A stretch of 41,893 nt of DNA, from contig CAZOJX010000001.1 in NCBI GenBank assembly GCA_964580255.1, positions 1 through 41,893 of the forward strand, in the 5' to 3' direction. This document shows, one piece after another, positions 1-10,274 of the stretch. This stretch comes from an uncultured Lachnoclostridium sp. (GTDB lineage Bacteria > Bacillota > Clostridia > Lachnospirales > Lachnospiraceae). The position numbers and the translations under genes are program-made. Under the pieces are notes generated by a model that worked only from the letters and a program-made list of their open reading frames with translations, had not been told where the DNA came from and did not search any database. Every line of letters starts with the position of its first letter. The first letter of the stretch is position 1.

Positions 1-1
1 G

Positions 2-784
2 GATAAGGTCATTGATATCGATCAGTCACCGATCGGCAGATCACCAAGATCCAATCCTGCGACCTATACGGGCGTGTTTGATCAGATTCGTGACCTTTTT
101 GCGGCAACCTCTGATGCAAAGGCAAAAGGATACAAAAAAGGACGTTTCAGCTTTAATGTGAAAGGTGGACGTTGCGAAGCATGTGCCGGAGATGGTATTA
201 TAAAGATAGAGATGCATTTTTTGCCGGATGTTTATGTGCCTTGTGAAGTTTGTCAGGGCAAACGATACAACCGGGAAACGCTGGATGTGCGATATAAAGG
301 AAAAAATATCTTTGATGTTCTGGATATGACGGTGGAGGAAGCTGTGGAATTTTTCCAAAATGTTCCGAGTATTTCCAGAAAGATCCAGACACTGGCAGAT
401 GTAGGACTTTCCTATATTAAGCTGGGACAGCCATCGACCACATTGTCCGGCGGGGAGGCACAGCGGATCAAGCTTGCCGCAGAGCTGAGCAGACGCAGCA
501 CCGGAAGGACGATCTATATATTGGACGAACCGACGACAGGACTGCATTTTGCAGATGTTCATAAACTGGTGGAAATTCTGCAAAGACTGGCAGAAGGCGG
601 AAATACGGTGGTTGTGATCGAGCATAATCTGGATGTGATCAAAACGGCGGATTATATCATTGATATGGGTCCGGAAGGCGGAGACGGCGGCGGTACGGTC
701 GTTGCGACCGGAACACCGGAAGAGGTTGCCAAAAATCCGGCGTCTTATACGGGCATCTATGTGAAAAAATCATTAGAATCCTAG
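2..784 (+). CDS. uvrA: Excinuclease ABC subunit A, C-terminal ~260 aa (5' end lies outside the window)
   Basis: The frame is open from nt 2 ([24 protein letters not shown]...). Cys4 zinc module CEACAGDG...[12 protein letters not shown] signature LSGGEAQR, Walker [13 protein letters not shown], and [11 protein letters not shown]. Stop TAG at 782-784. Confidence 0.92.
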   Translation, partial: DKVIDIDQSPIGRSPRSNPATYTGVFDQIRDLFAATSDAKAKGYKKGRFSFNVKGGRCEACAGDGIIKIEMHFLPDVYVPCEVCQGKRYNRETLDVRYKGKNIFDVLDMTVEEAVEFFQNVPSISRKIQTLADVGLSYIKLGQPSTTLSGGEAQRIKLAAELSRRSTGRTIYILDEPTTGLHFADVHKLVEILQRLAEGGNTVVVIEHNLDVIKTADYIIDMGPEGGDGGGTVVATGTPEEVAKNPASYTGIYVKKSLES

Positions 785-796
785 ATTGGAGAATTT

Positions 797-1696
797 ATGT
801 TAGAAAAACTTCAAAAACTGCTTGGAACAGAAAAAGTTTTAGAAAAAGAACCCATGGCGTCCCATACCACATTTCGGATCGGCGGTCCGGCAGACTATTT
901 TGTAATGCCGGAAACAACAGAGGAACTGTCAGCGGTCATAAAGCTGTGCAGTCAGGAACAGGTGCCGTACTTTATTTTGGGAAACGGCAGCAATCTTTTG
1001 GTTGGTGACAAAGGTTATCGGGGCGTTGTGATCCAGCTGTGTAAAAATTTTTCCGGGATTACGATCGATGAAACAAAGATTACAGCAAAAGCGGGTGCCA
1101 TGCTGATTCGGGTATCGAAGGAAGCCGGAAAGGCTGGACTTACCGGTCTGGAGTTTGCTTCGGGAATTCCGGGAACCATCGGCGGAGCCATGGTCATGAA
1201 CGCCGGAGCCTACGGCGGAGAAATGAAAGATGTGGTCAGGGAAGTGACTGTGCTGACAAAAGAGGGACAGATCAAAACCTTAACCGGGGAAGAAATGAAT
1301 TTCTGCTATCGGGGCAGTGTAGTGGAAAAAGAAGGCTACATTGTGCTGGAGACGGTGCTGGAATTGAAAAAGGGAGATCCGGCAGCGATTCAGGCACGTA
1401 TGGAGGAGCTTTCTGTACAGAGAAAGACTAAACAGCCGATTGAATTTCCAAGTGCGGGAAGTACCTTTAAACGTCCGGAAGGATATTTCGCAGGAAAACT
1501 GATCATGGACGCAGGACTGCGGGGATACCGTGTCGGCGGCGCCCAGGTGTCAGAGAAACATTGTGGATTTGTGATCAACGCCGGAAATGCAACTGCCAAA
1601 GATGTTATGAAGCTGATGAAAGAAGTATCAGACATCGTACAGGAAACCTTTGGCGTAGCATTGGAACCGGAAGTAAAGAGAATCGGAGAATTTTAA
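797..1696 (+). CDS. murB: UDP-N-acetylenolpyruvoylglucosamine reductase
   Basis: 299 aa with SD GGAGA just upstream of ATG 797. FAD-binding N-terminus (HTTFRIGGPADYFV, FILGNGSNLLVGD). C-terminal MurB motifs (FPSAGSTFKRPEG, GGAQVSEKHCGFVINAG). Confidence 0.92.
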   Translation: MLEKLQKLLGTEKVLEKEPMASHTTFRIGGPADYFVMPETTEELSAVIKLCSQEQVPYFILGNGSNLLVGDKGYRGVVIQLCKNFSGITIDETKITAKAGAMLIRVSKEAGKAGLTGLEFASGIPGTIGGAMVMNAGAYGGEMKDVVREVTVLTKEGQIKTLTGEEMNFCYRGSVVEKEGYIVLETVLELKKGDPAAIQARMEELSVQRKTKQPIEFPSAGSTFKRPEGYFAGKLIMDAGLRGYRVGGAQVSEKHCGFVINAGNATAKDVMKLMKEVSDIVQETFGVALEPEVKRIGEF

Positions 1697-2581
1697 GTGA
1701 GATTTGTATTTGTGACCGGCATGTCCGGAGGGGGAAAGAGCACCGCACGAAAAATGTTGGAAGATCAGGGGTATTTCTGCGTGGATAATCTTCCGTTTGC
1801 CATGATTCCGATCTTTATGGAAATGGCGTATGCCGGTGCCGGAAAAATGGATAAGGTAGCACTTTGTGTCGACGCCCGAAGCGGCAGTGACCTGGGAGAG
1901 CTGGAGCATATCCTGGAGGAAGTGACCGTAAAGGGATATCCCTATGAGATCCTTTTTATGGAATGTGAAGACGAGGTGCTGATCAAGCGTTATAAGGAGA
2001 CAAGAAGGGCGCACCCGATGGCTCCAAAGGGACGGATTGAGACCGGGATCGCCAGAGAACGGAAGGCATTGGCATTTTTGAAGGCTCATGCGGATTACAT
2101 CATTGATACGAGTAATCTTTTGACAAGAGAATTAAAGGCGCAGCTGGATCGTATTTTTGTGGACGATAAGGAGTTTAAAAACCTGGTGATCACTGTGCTG
2201 TCCTTTGGGTTCAAATATGGGATTCCAAGCGATGCGGATCTGGTATTTGATGTAAGATTTTTGCCGAATCCATTTTATTATGAAGAAATGAGACCGCTGA
2301 CAGGAAATGATGCTCTGGTACATGATTATGTCATGGGTTTTGATGTGGCGAAAGAATTTTTGAAGAAACTGACAGATATGACGAAGTTTCTGATACCTAA
2401 TTATATTAGTGAGGGGAAAAACCAGCTTGTGATCGCTGTGGGCTGTACCGGTGGCAAACATCGTTCAGTAACCATCGCAGCGGAGCTGTATGAAGCACTG
2501 AAGGACGATCAGCAGTATGCGATCAAGATTGAACATCGTGACATTCAGAAAGATGCGAAACGGGCTGGAAATATTACCTAG
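1697..2581 (+). CDS. rapZ: RNase adapter / nucleotide-binding protein RapZ (YvcJ family)
   Basis: GTG start abuts the murB stop, with GGAGA upstream. Walker A VTGMSGGGKSTA at the N-terminus and the C-terminal VGCTGGKHRSVT motif typical of RapZ/YvcJ. 294 aa. Confidence 0.88.
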   Translation: MRFVFVTGMSGGGKSTARKMLEDQGYFCVDNLPFAMIPIFMEMAYAGAGKMDKVALCVDARSGSDLGELEHILEEVTVKGYPYEILFMECEDEVLIKRYKETRRAHPMAPKGRIETGIARERKALAFLKAHADYIIDTSNLLTRELKAQLDRIFVDDKEFKNLVITVLSFGFKYGIPSDADLVFDVRFLPNPFYYEEMRPLTGNDALVHDYVMGFDVAKEFLKKLTDMTKFLIPNYISEGKNQLVIAVGCTGGKHRSVTIAAELYEALKDDQQYAIKIEHRDIQKDAKRAGNIT

Positions 2582-2596
2582 ATTGTGAGGAGAAAT

Positions 2597-3262
2597 ATGT
2601 CATTTTCTTCAAAAGTCAAGGAAGAATTAGCGATAATTTCAAGAAAAGACTTTACTTTAAGGCAAAAAACAAGTAAGATGTCAACTAAAGGACTTATAAG
2701 GGATGCCTTTTTGCGCTCCGGCTCCATCAGTGATCCGGAGAAGTTCTATCATTTGGAGATCGTATTTCCTTCATTGGAGGAAGCGGAGGAGATGAAAGAG
2801 CTTTTGGAAGGCTTTGCATTAGATGCAAAGATTGTCGACCGGAAAGGGCATTATGTTGTTTATCTAAAGGAAGGCGCACAGATTGCTGACATGCTTCGGA
2901 TCATGGAGGCACCGGCGGCTTTAATGGAGTTTGAGAATATCCGTATTGTGAAGGAGATGAGAAATTCCATTAACCGTCAGGTAAATTGTGAAGCTGCTAA
3001 TTTGGGGAAAACAATCTCTGCCGCAGTAAAACAGGTGGAGGACATCAAGTTTATCAGCAGTACGATTGGGCTTGAGAATTTATCGGAAGGCCTGGAACAG
3101 ACTGCCAGAAAACGATTGGAATTTCCGGAAGCTACGCTGAAGGAATTAGGGGAACAGATGGATCCGCCTCTTGGAAAATCCGGGGTGAATCATCGATTGA
3201 AAAAACTGAGTGAATTCGCAGAAGATTTGAGGAGTCGTAAGGAGGAGAAGCGAAATGATTAA
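2597..3262 (+). CDS. whiA: WhiA-family DNA-binding protein, unusually short (221 aa)
   Basis: ATG 2597 is preceded by GAGGAG; the ORF-track start 2585 is an upstream GTG. Canonical WhiA N-terminus MSFSSKVKEEL. One LAGLIDADG-type motif (LIRDAFLRSGSISDPEKFYHLEI), the conserved core MRNSINRQVNCEAANLGKT, and a C-terminal HTH (ATLKELGEQM...GKSGVNHRLKKL). The expected first LAGLIDADG half appears absent. Confidence 0.8.
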   Translation: MSFSSKVKEELAIISRKDFTLRQKTSKMSTKGLIRDAFLRSGSISDPEKFYHLEIVFPSLEEAEEMKELLEGFALDAKIVDRKGHYVVYLKEGAQIADMLRIMEAPAALMEFENIRIVKEMRNSINRQVNCEAANLGKTISAAVKQVEDIKFISSTIGLENLSEGLEQTARKRLEFPEATLKELGEQMDPPLGKSGVNHRLKKLSEFAEDLRSRKEEKRND

Positions 3263-3509
3263 GAAAAATATGACAATTCAGCTCCAGTCTGGATTGGAAG
3301 CTCGTCCGGTAGCACTTTTGGTGCAGGTAGCAAGCCAGCATGAGTGCAGTATTTACGTGGAAGCCGACAACAAAAAGGTGAATGCAAAAAGTATTATGGG
3401 TATGATGACCCTGGGACTTGCTCCGGGGGAACAGGTCACTGTAACTGCAGATGGTGCAGATGAGGAAGAAGCGATTCAGAGTATTGAACAATACCTGTCT
3501 GCAAAATAA
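3255..3509 (+). CDS. crh: HPr-like protein of the Crh type (Ser46 retained, His15 position is Glu)
   Basis: 84 aa, overlapping the whiA stop by 8 nt. LQSGLEARPVALLV aligns with the HPr active-site loop GLHARPA, and codon 15 is GAA (Glu). VNAKSIMGMMTLGL keeps the Ser46 regulatory site. The position directly after whiA matches crh in the B. subtilis yvc operon. Confidence 0.72.
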   Translation: MIKKNMTIQLQSGLEARPVALLVQVASQHECSIYVEADNKKVNAKSIMGMMTLGLAPGEQVTVTADGADEEEAIQSIEQYLSAK

Positions 3510-3520
3510 CAAGGAAAAAG

Positions 3521-3555
3521 AATGGCTCTGCTACGCGTGTGGCAGAGCCATTTTG
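3521..3555 (+). terminator. Intrinsic terminator after crh
   Basis: 11-bp stem AATGGCTCTGC (3521-3531) / GCAGAGCCATT (3542-3552) with a 10-nt loop, followed by TT. The T tract is short. Confidence 0.55.
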
Positions 3556-3571
3556 TGAGGGAGAATAAAGT

Positions 3572-4912
3572 ATGGCAAAAGACATGACATCGGGAAATCC
3601 GATAAAATTGATTTTATCATTTGCAATACCGGTTTTTGTTGGAAATTTGTTTCAACAGTTTTATAATATAGTAGATACGATCATTGTCGGTCGGTTTGTG
3701 GGCGTAAATGCCCTGGCAGCGGTAGGAAGCACCGGATCGATCATGTTCTGTGTACAGGGACTTGCCATGGGGCTGACCACAGGATTTGGAGTAGTGATCT
3801 CGCAGGCATTTGGCGCCCGGGATGAAAAAGGACTGCGGCAGAACGTCTGCATGGCAAATTATCTGACGCTGATTGTTTCCGCAGCGGTTACAGTGCTGCT
3901 GCTTTGTATCAACGAAAAGATCCTGCACATTATGAATACACCGCCGGAGATCTTTGAGGGAGCAGCCACTTATCTGGCAATCATTTATGCGGGATACTTC
4001 ACGATGATGGCATATAACCAGCTGGCAGCGATCTTAAGAGCTTTGGGAGACAGCAAAACGCCTTTGTACTTTTTGATCCTGTCCTCCGTATTAAACATTG
4101 GTCTGGATCTGCTCTTTGTAATCTCCTTCCAAATGGGAGTAGCAGGGGTTGCCTACGCAACGGTGATCTCTCAGATCGTATCAGCGGTGCTGTGCTTTAT
4201 CGTTATGATGAAAAAATATCCGCAGGTAATGAAGCCTGAGAAAGAAGAACGGGCATTTTCCTTCGGAATTGCGAAAAAGCTTATGGGAATGGGAATCCCG
4301 ATGGCACTGCAGTTTTCCATTACAGCACTGGGAACCATGATCGTACAGTCTGCCTTAAATCTTTTAGGGGAAGCCGCCATTGCGGCCTATACGGCGGCAC
4401 AAAAGCTGCAGAACCTGGTGGGACAGCCATACATTGCCCTGGGAACTGCCATGGCAACCTATTGCGGTCAGAATGCGGGAGCCGGAGACTTTGGAAGGAT
4501 CAAAAAAGGTTTTCGAGACTGCATGATCCTGCTGATGGGTACTGTTGTGCTGACATTTTTGTTTGCCAGAGCCTTCAGCGGCGTGGGTGCACTGCTGTTT
4601 GTGGAAAGCAGCCAGACAGAGGTGATCGCTTTAACAAAGGAATATTTCAGGATCGCGTCCTGGTTTTATCCCTTCCTTGCCAGCATTTTCGTATTTCGAA
4701 ATGCCCTGCAGGGACTTGGTTATGGACTTGACGCAATGCTGGGCGGAATCTTTGAACTCCTGGCAAGAGGCGTTCTGGTAAAGATCATCGGAACAGGATT
4801 TGGATATGCAGGAATCTGCTTTTGTGATCCGGCAGCCTGGATTGCTGCACTGATCCCATTGATCCCATTATATTTTTATAGAATGAAAAAGACAGAAAGG
4901 AATCTGCAATGA
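3572..4912 (+). CDS. MATE-family efflux transporter
   Basis: 446 aa with about 12 hydrophobic segments. N-terminus GNPIKLILSFAIPVFVGNLFQQFYNIVDTIIVGRFVG is typical of MatE repeats. SD GGGAG upstream. Confidence 0.8.
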   Translation: MAKDMTSGNPIKLILSFAIPVFVGNLFQQFYNIVDTIIVGRFVGVNALAAVGSTGSIMFCVQGLAMGLTTGFGVVISQAFGARDEKGLRQNVCMANYLTLIVSAAVTVLLLCINEKILHIMNTPPEIFEGAATYLAIIYAGYFTMMAYNQLAAILRALGDSKTPLYFLILSSVLNIGLDLLFVISFQMGVAGVAYATVISQIVSAVLCFIVMMKKYPQVMKPEKEERAFSFGIAKKLMGMGIPMALQFSITALGTMIVQSALNLLGEAAIAAYTAAQKLQNLVGQPYIALGTAMATYCGQNAGAGDFGRIKKGFRDCMILLMGTVVLTFLFARAFSGVGALLFVESSQTEVIALTKEYFRIASWFYPFLASIFVFRNALQGLGYGLDAMLGGIFELLARGVLVKIIGTGFGYAGICFCDPAAWIAALIPLIPLYFYRMKKTERNLQ

Positions 4913-6687
4913 AAATAGAAAAATTAAGAAGTAAAATGAAAGAGTACGGGATTGACTATTATGTGATCCCGACAGATGATTTCCATGCATCAGAATATGT
5001 AGGTGCACATTTTGAAACCAGAAGCTGGATTTCCGGATTTACCGGAAGTGCCGGAACGCTGCTGGTAGGTCAGGACTTTGCCGGACTTTGGACTGACGGA
5101 AGATATTTCCTGCAGGCGGCAGAGCAGTTGGAAGGAACGGGCATCGAGCTGATGAAAATGGGTGCAGAGGGTGTTCCAACCCTGATCGCTTATCTGGCAG
5201 AGCATTTACAGGAACAGATGACACTGGGCTTTGACGGCAGATGCTTAAGCGCAGGATTTATGGAAGATTTAAAGGCTTCCTTGGGCGATACAAAGATTCA
5301 GGTCATTTATGAAAAAGATCTGGCAGGAGAAATCTGGGAAGACCGTCCTGCATTATCCAGAAAACCGGCATGGTTTTTGGAAGACGAAAACTGCGGAGCT
5401 TCTTTTAAAGAAAAGCTTGCGCTGGTAAGAGAAGAAATGAAGAAAAAATCTGCAGAGAGCCTTCTTCTGACTTCCCTGGACGACATTGCATGGCTGCTGA
5501 ACATGAGAGGTGACGATATCGCTTACAATCCGGTGGTACTGTCCTTCTGTCTTATTACAGAAAAAGAAGTGCGTCTGTTTATCCAGAGAGGATCTCTTAA
5601 TGCAGAGCAGGAAATGAAGCTTGTAATGGACGGCGTTCTTTTGGACGGCTATCTGAATGTATACGATTATATGAAGACTCTGAAAGCAGAAAGTATCTGG
5701 GTAAATGATCAGAAGACAAGCTATGCATTGATGGAAAATATCCCGTCAGGGGTTCGGATCATCAAGGGAATGACTCCGGTAGCTGCCATGAAATGTATAA
5801 AAAATGAAAAAGAGCAGGAAAACATGAGAGCGGCACACAAAAAAGATGGTGTTGCCATGACAAAATTCATGTACTGGTTAAAAGAAAACGTTGGAAAAGT
5901 GGAAATGTCAGAAATTTCTGTGGCAGAACGTGCACTGGAATTAAGAAAAGCACAGAAGGGCTTTGTAGAAGAAAGCTTTTCAACCATTGCAGGATATGGC
6001 CCTCATGGAGCAGTGATCCATTATGGAGCGACAGAGGAAAGCAATGCGAAGATTGAAGCTTCCGGTCTTCTGCTGGTGGACAGCGGTGCACAGTATCTGG
6101 AGGGAACAACCGACATTACCAGAACCTTTGCAATGGGTCCGGTAACGGAAGAAGAAAAGAGTCACTTTACAACAGTGCTCAAAGCAAACCTGCGCTTGGG
6201 AGCAGTCAGATTTAAAGAAGGCTGTACCGGTGAAAATCTCGATATGGTTGCCCGTCAGCCGCTTTGGGAAGCAGGTCTTGATTATAATCACGGAACCGGT
6301 CACGGAATCGGCTATGTGCTGAATGTTCATGAAACACCGGCAAGGATCAACTGGAAGGGAAGACCGGATTACGGTGAAAATGCTTTCTTTGTACCGGGTA
6401 TGATCGTTTCTAATGAACCGGGCTTCTATCAGGAAGGGGCTCATGGAATCCGTCTGGAAAACCTGATCCTTTGTAAAGAAGCAGAAGTGACAGAATACGG
6501 AAGATTTCTGGATTTTGAAACATTGACAGTGGTACCGTTTGATCTGGATGCAGTAGAGCCTGCGATGCTGGACGAAAAGGAAAAACAGTTATTGAATGAA
6601 TATCATGCAAGAGTTTATCAGGAACTTTCGGAAGAACTGACGGAAGAAGAACGTACATGGCTGAAACATGCCACAAGAGCCATTTAA
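4909..6687 (+). CDS. Xaa-Pro aminopeptidase (M24B, aminopeptidase P family)
   Basis: 592 aa, with an ATGA overlap onto the MATE stop. M24 metal-ligand motifs LLLVDSGAQYLEGTTDITRT, YNHGTGHGIGYVLNVHE, and IVSNEPGFYQEGAHGIRLENL. Confidence 0.86.
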   Translation: MKIEKLRSKMKEYGIDYYVIPTDDFHASEYVGAHFETRSWISGFTGSAGTLLVGQDFAGLWTDGRYFLQAAEQLEGTGIELMKMGAEGVPTLIAYLAEHLQEQMTLGFDGRCLSAGFMEDLKASLGDTKIQVIYEKDLAGEIWEDRPALSRKPAWFLEDENCGASFKEKLALVREEMKKKSAESLLLTSLDDIAWLLNMRGDDIAYNPVVLSFCLITEKEVRLFIQRGSLNAEQEMKLVMDGVLLDGYLNVYDYMKTLKAESIWVNDQKTSYALMENIPSGVRIIKGMTPVAAMKCIKNEKEQENMRAAHKKDGVAMTKFMYWLKENVGKVEMSEISVAERALELRKAQKGFVEESFSTIAGYGPHGAVIHYGATEESNAKIEASGLLLVDSGAQYLEGTTDITRTFAMGPVTEEEKSHFTTVLKANLRLGAVRFKEGCTGENLDMVARQPLWEAGLDYNHGTGHGIGYVLNVHETPARINWKGRPDYGENAFFVPGMIVSNEPGFYQEGAHGIRLENLILCKEAEVTEYGRFLDFETLTVVPFDLDAVEPAMLDEKEKQLLNEYHARVYQELSEELTEEERTWLKHATRAI

Positions 6688-6696
6688 GGAGTGCCT

Positions 6697-7455
6697 ATGG
6701 AAGCGTATAGTGGATTTGCAGAGGTCTATGATCTGTTTATGGACAATATACCGTATGAAGAATGGACGGATTATGTGAGAGAACTTTTGGCAGAGGAAGG
6801 GATTCATGAGGGAATCCTGCTGGATTTGGGCTGCGGTACCGGAAGCGGGACGGAGCTTCTTGCAAAAGCCGGATTTGACATGATCGGTGTGGACAATTCT
6901 GAGGAAATGCTGGAAATTGCCATGGAAAAACGGGCAGAATCCGGTCTGGATATCCTTTATCTTTTGCAGGATATGAGAGAATTTGAACTTTACGGAACCG
7001 TAAAAGGTGTAGTCAGCATCTGCGATTCCATGAATTATCTTCTGGACGATGAGGATCTGGAGGACGTATTTGCTCTGGTTCACAATTATCTGGACAATGA
7101 AGGAATCTTCATTTTTGACATGAACACCAGATACAAATATGAAAAGATCCTTGCGGACAACACGTTTGCGGAAGATCGGGAGGAATCCAGTTTTATCTGG
7201 GAAAACTTCTATGATGCCGAGGAGGAGATCAACCAGTATGATCTGTCCTTATTTGTCCGCGAAGAAGACGGAAGATACAGAAAATATGAAGAAACACATC
7301 TGCAGCGTGCATATGAGCAGAAAAGAGTGGAAGAATTGATAAAAGAATCCGGTCTGGAGCTTCTCCATGTGTACGATGCATTTACAAAAAAATCACCGGC
7401 AGAGGATTCTGAGCGCATTTATTTTGTGTGCAGAAGACCTGCCAGACAGGAGTAA
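6697..7455 (+). CDS. Class I SAM-dependent methyltransferase
   Basis: SAM-binding motif I ILLDLGCGTGSGTE. ATG 6697 lies 5 nt after AGGAG (6687-6691); GTG 6691 is the ORF-track alternative. Confidence 0.8.
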   Translation: MEAYSGFAEVYDLFMDNIPYEEWTDYVRELLAEEGIHEGILLDLGCGTGSGTELLAKAGFDMIGVDNSEEMLEIAMEKRAESGLDILYLLQDMREFELYGTVKGVVSICDSMNYLLDDEDLEDVFALVHNYLDNEGIFIFDMNTRYKYEKILADNTFAEDREESSFIWENFYDAEEEINQYDLSLFVREEDGRYRKYEETHLQRAYEQKRVEELIKESGLELLHVYDAFTKKSPAEDSERIYFVCRRPARQE

Positions 7456-7457
7456 AA

Positions 7458-8336
7458 ATGGGAGATTATATCGTAAGAGCCATGGCGGCAGATCAGCAGA
7501 TCCGCGCCTTTGCAGTAACCTCCAGAGAACTGGTGGAAAAAGCAAGAGAATCACATAATACAAGCCCGGTTGCAACGGCAGCTTTGGGAAGACTTTTGAG
7601 CGCAGGCGCCATGATGGGTGTCATGATGAAGGGAGAAAAGGATATCCTGACGCTCCAGATGAAGGGAAGCGGTCCTTTGGGCGGTCTGACAGTGACTGCG
7701 GACAGCAAAGGAAATGTAAAGGGATATGCGGATAACCCGGAAGCAATGCTTCCGCCGAATGCCCAGGGAAAGCTGGATGTCGGCGGTGCGATGGGCATTG
7801 GCATTTTAAACGTCATTAAGGATATGGGATTAAAAGAACCGTATAACGGATCCTGTGAGTTAAAGACCGGTGAGATCGGCGATGACCTGACTTACTATTT
7901 TGCAACCAGTGAACAGGTTCCTTCGGCAGTTGGCCTGGGGGTTCTGATGAACAAGGATAATACGGTAAAACAGGCTGGCGGATTTATCATTCAGCTGATG
8001 CCGTTTGTGTCAGAAGAAGTGGTAGACAAACTGGAAGCGAAGCTTGCAGAGGTAACCAGCGTAACTGCGATGCTGGATAAAGGTTATACACCGGAAATGA
8101 TCCTGGAAGAACTGTTAGGTGAATTTGGTCTGGAGATCACTGAAACCATGCCGACACAGTTTTACTGTAACTGCGGAAAAGAACGTGTGGAAAAAGCGCT
8201 TATCAGCGTAGGACGCAAAAGCTTAAACGAAATGGTGCAGGACGGAAAAACAATCGAGGTTGCCTGCCATTTCTGTAATACAAAATATGAATTTACGGTA
8301 GAAGAACTGAAAGAGCTGATCAGAAGGAGTAAATAG
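7458..8336 (+). CDS. hslO: Redox-regulated chaperone Hsp33
   Basis: ATG 7458 lies after AGGAG; the ORF-track start 7428 overlaps the methyltransferase. C-terminal zinc redox switch YCNCGKE...ACHFCNTKY. Confidence 0.9.
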   Translation: MGDYIVRAMAADQQIRAFAVTSRELVEKARESHNTSPVATAALGRLLSAGAMMGVMMKGEKDILTLQMKGSGPLGGLTVTADSKGNVKGYADNPEAMLPPNAQGKLDVGGAMGIGILNVIKDMGLKEPYNGSCELKTGEIGDDLTYYFATSEQVPSAVGLGVLMNKDNTVKQAGGFIIQLMPFVSEEVVDKLEAKLAEVTSVTAMLDKGYTPEMILEELLGEFGLEITETMPTQFYCNCGKERVEKALISVGRKSLNEMVQDGKTIEVACHFCNTKYEFTVEELKELIRRSK

Positions 8337-8337
8337 T

Positions 8338-10263
8338 ATGAATTACGGGTTTGTCAAAGCAGCAGTCATTACACCAAAAATCAAGGTTGCTGATGTGAGA
8401 TACAATGGAACGGAAATTGAACGTTTGATGAAGGAAGCTTCCGGAAAAGGTGCCCGGATCATAGTATTTCCGGAGCTTTGCCTGACCGGATATACCTGCG
8501 GCGATCTGTTTGCACAGGAACTTTTGATCGCTGCTGCAAAAAAAGAACTTCTTCGTCTGGTTCAGGTCAGCGAAGCCTTGGGTGGTCTCTTTTTTGTGGG
8601 ACTTCCGTGGGAACACAGAGGAAAACTCTACAATGCGGCGGCTGTTTTTGAGGGCGGCCAGCTTTTGGGAATCGTACCAAAGACATTTCTTCCGAATCAT
8701 GGAGAATTCTGGGAGAGCCGTTTGTTTGCTCCGGGAAAACCGGGCTATGAGTACATTGATGTGGAAGGAGAAATGGTTCCGTTTGGTACAAGCCTGTTAT
8801 TTACCTGTGAAAATGAAAAAAATCTGGTGGTAGCAGCTGAGCTTTGTGAGGATCTCTGGACAGCGAATCCGCCAAGTGTTTCTCATGCACTTCATGGAGC
8901 AACGGTGATTGTCAATCTTTCTGCCAGCGATGAGACAACAGGAAAGAGTGCTTACAGACGCCAGCTGATCTCTCAGCAGTCTGCAAGACTTTTCTGTGCT
9001 TACCTCTATGCTTCAGCAGGAGAAGGGGAATCCACCACAGATCTGGTATTCAGCGGACATAACCTGATCGCGGAAAACGGTACGATCCTGGCAGAATCTG
9101 AGAAATACAGAAGCGGCGCAACCTATACGGAAATCGATGTGGAACGCCTTGTAGGAGAACGAAGAAGAAGTACAACCTTTCAGACAGAGGATCCGGTGGA
9201 GGATCAGTATCTGGAAGTAGATTTTGAAATGAAAGAGACACCGCTTTTGCTGACCCGTCCGATCAGTCAGTCCCCGTTTATTCCACAGAATCAGAACGTG
9301 TGGGAAGAACGATGTGAGGAAATTCTGGAGATTCAGACAATGGGTCTGAAAAAACGTTTGGAGCATACCAACTGCAGTCAGGCGGTACTTGGAATTTCAG
9401 GCGGTCTGGATTCGACACTGGCACTGCTGGTAACAGCCCTGGCCTTTGACAGGCTTGGAAAGGACCGAAGCGGGATTACGGCAGTGACCATGCCTTGCTT
9501 CGGAACGACAGACCGTACCTACCGCAACGCCTGTGAGCTGACCAGACGTTTGGGAGCAACCCTGCGGGAAGTGGATATTAAAAATGCAGTGCGGGGACAT
9601 TTTGCAGATATCGGTCATGAAGAAAGTGTTCATGATGTAACCTTCGAAAACTCTCAGGCAAGAGAACGAACCCAGGTGCTGATGGATATTGCCAACCAGC
9701 TGGGCGGCATGGTAATCGGTACGGGAGATATGTCGGAGCTGGCATTGGGCTGGGCAACCTATAACGGAGACCACATGTCCATGTATGGCGTGAATGCAGG
9801 GGTTCCAAAGACACTGGTTCGCCATCTGGTCCGCTATTATGCACAGAAATGTCAGGACGAGCAGATTGCAGGAATTCTTCTGGACGTTCTGGATACTCCG
9901 GTGAGTCCGGAACTTCTGCCGCCGAAGGATGGAGAAATTGCTCAGAAGACAGAGGACCTGGTAGGACCTTACGAACTTCATGACTTCTTCCTGTACTATA
10001 TCTTAAAGCATGGATTTTCACCGGCGAAGATCTATCTGCTGGCACAGACTGCGTTTGCAGGTGTTTATGACAAGGAAACCATTAAAAAATGGCTCCGTAC
10101 CTTCTATCGCAGGTTCTTTGCACAGCAGTTCAAACGTTCCTGCCTGCCGGACGGACCGAAGGTCGGTTCCGTAGGAATGTCACCGAGAGGTGATCTGCGT
10201 ATGCCGAGTGATGCATGTGCGGCACTTTGGCTGGCAGAAATGGAAACATTGGACGAAGCATAA
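8338..10263 (+). CDS. nadE: Glutamine-dependent NAD+ synthetase
   Basis: 641 aa. N-terminal CN-hydrolase/glutaminase domain ([22 protein letters not shown]) and C-terminal ATP-pyrophosphatase motif [13 protein letters not shown]. Confidence 0.9.
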   Translation: MNYGFVKAAVITPKIKVADVRYNGTEIERLMKEASGKGARIIVFPELCLTGYTCGDLFAQELLIAAAKKELLRLVQVSEALGGLFFVGLPWEHRGKLYNAAAVFEGGQLLGIVPKTFLPNHGEFWESRLFAPGKPGYEYIDVEGEMVPFGTSLLFTCENEKNLVVAAELCEDLWTANPPSVSHALHGATVIVNLSASDETTGKSAYRRQLISQQSARLFCAYLYASAGEGESTTDLVFSGHNLIAENGTILAESEKYRSGATYTEIDVERLVGERRRSTTFQTEDPVEDQYLEVDFEMKETPLLLTRPISQSPFIPQNQNVWEERCEEILEIQTMGLKKRLEHTNCSQAVLGISGGLDSTLALLVTALAFDRLGKDRSGITAVTMPCFGTTDRTYRNACELTRRLGATLREVDIKNAVRGHFADIGHEESVHDVTFENSQARERTQVLMDIANQLGGMVIGTGDMSELALGWATYNGDHMSMYGVNAGVPKTLVRHLVRYYAQKCQDEQIAGILLDVLDTPVSPELLPPKDGEIAQKTEDLVGPYELHDFFLYYILKHGFSPAKIYLLAQTAFAGVYDKETIKKWLRTFYRRFFAQQFKRSCLPDGPKVGSVGMSPRGDLRMPSDACAALWLAEMETLDEA

Positions 10264-10274
10264 AATGATTACAA

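Noticed and set aside
6589-7083. 164-aa minus-strand ORF across the aminopeptidase/methyltransferase junction.
   Set aside because: It is antisense to two motif-supported + strand genes and has no SD or motifs.
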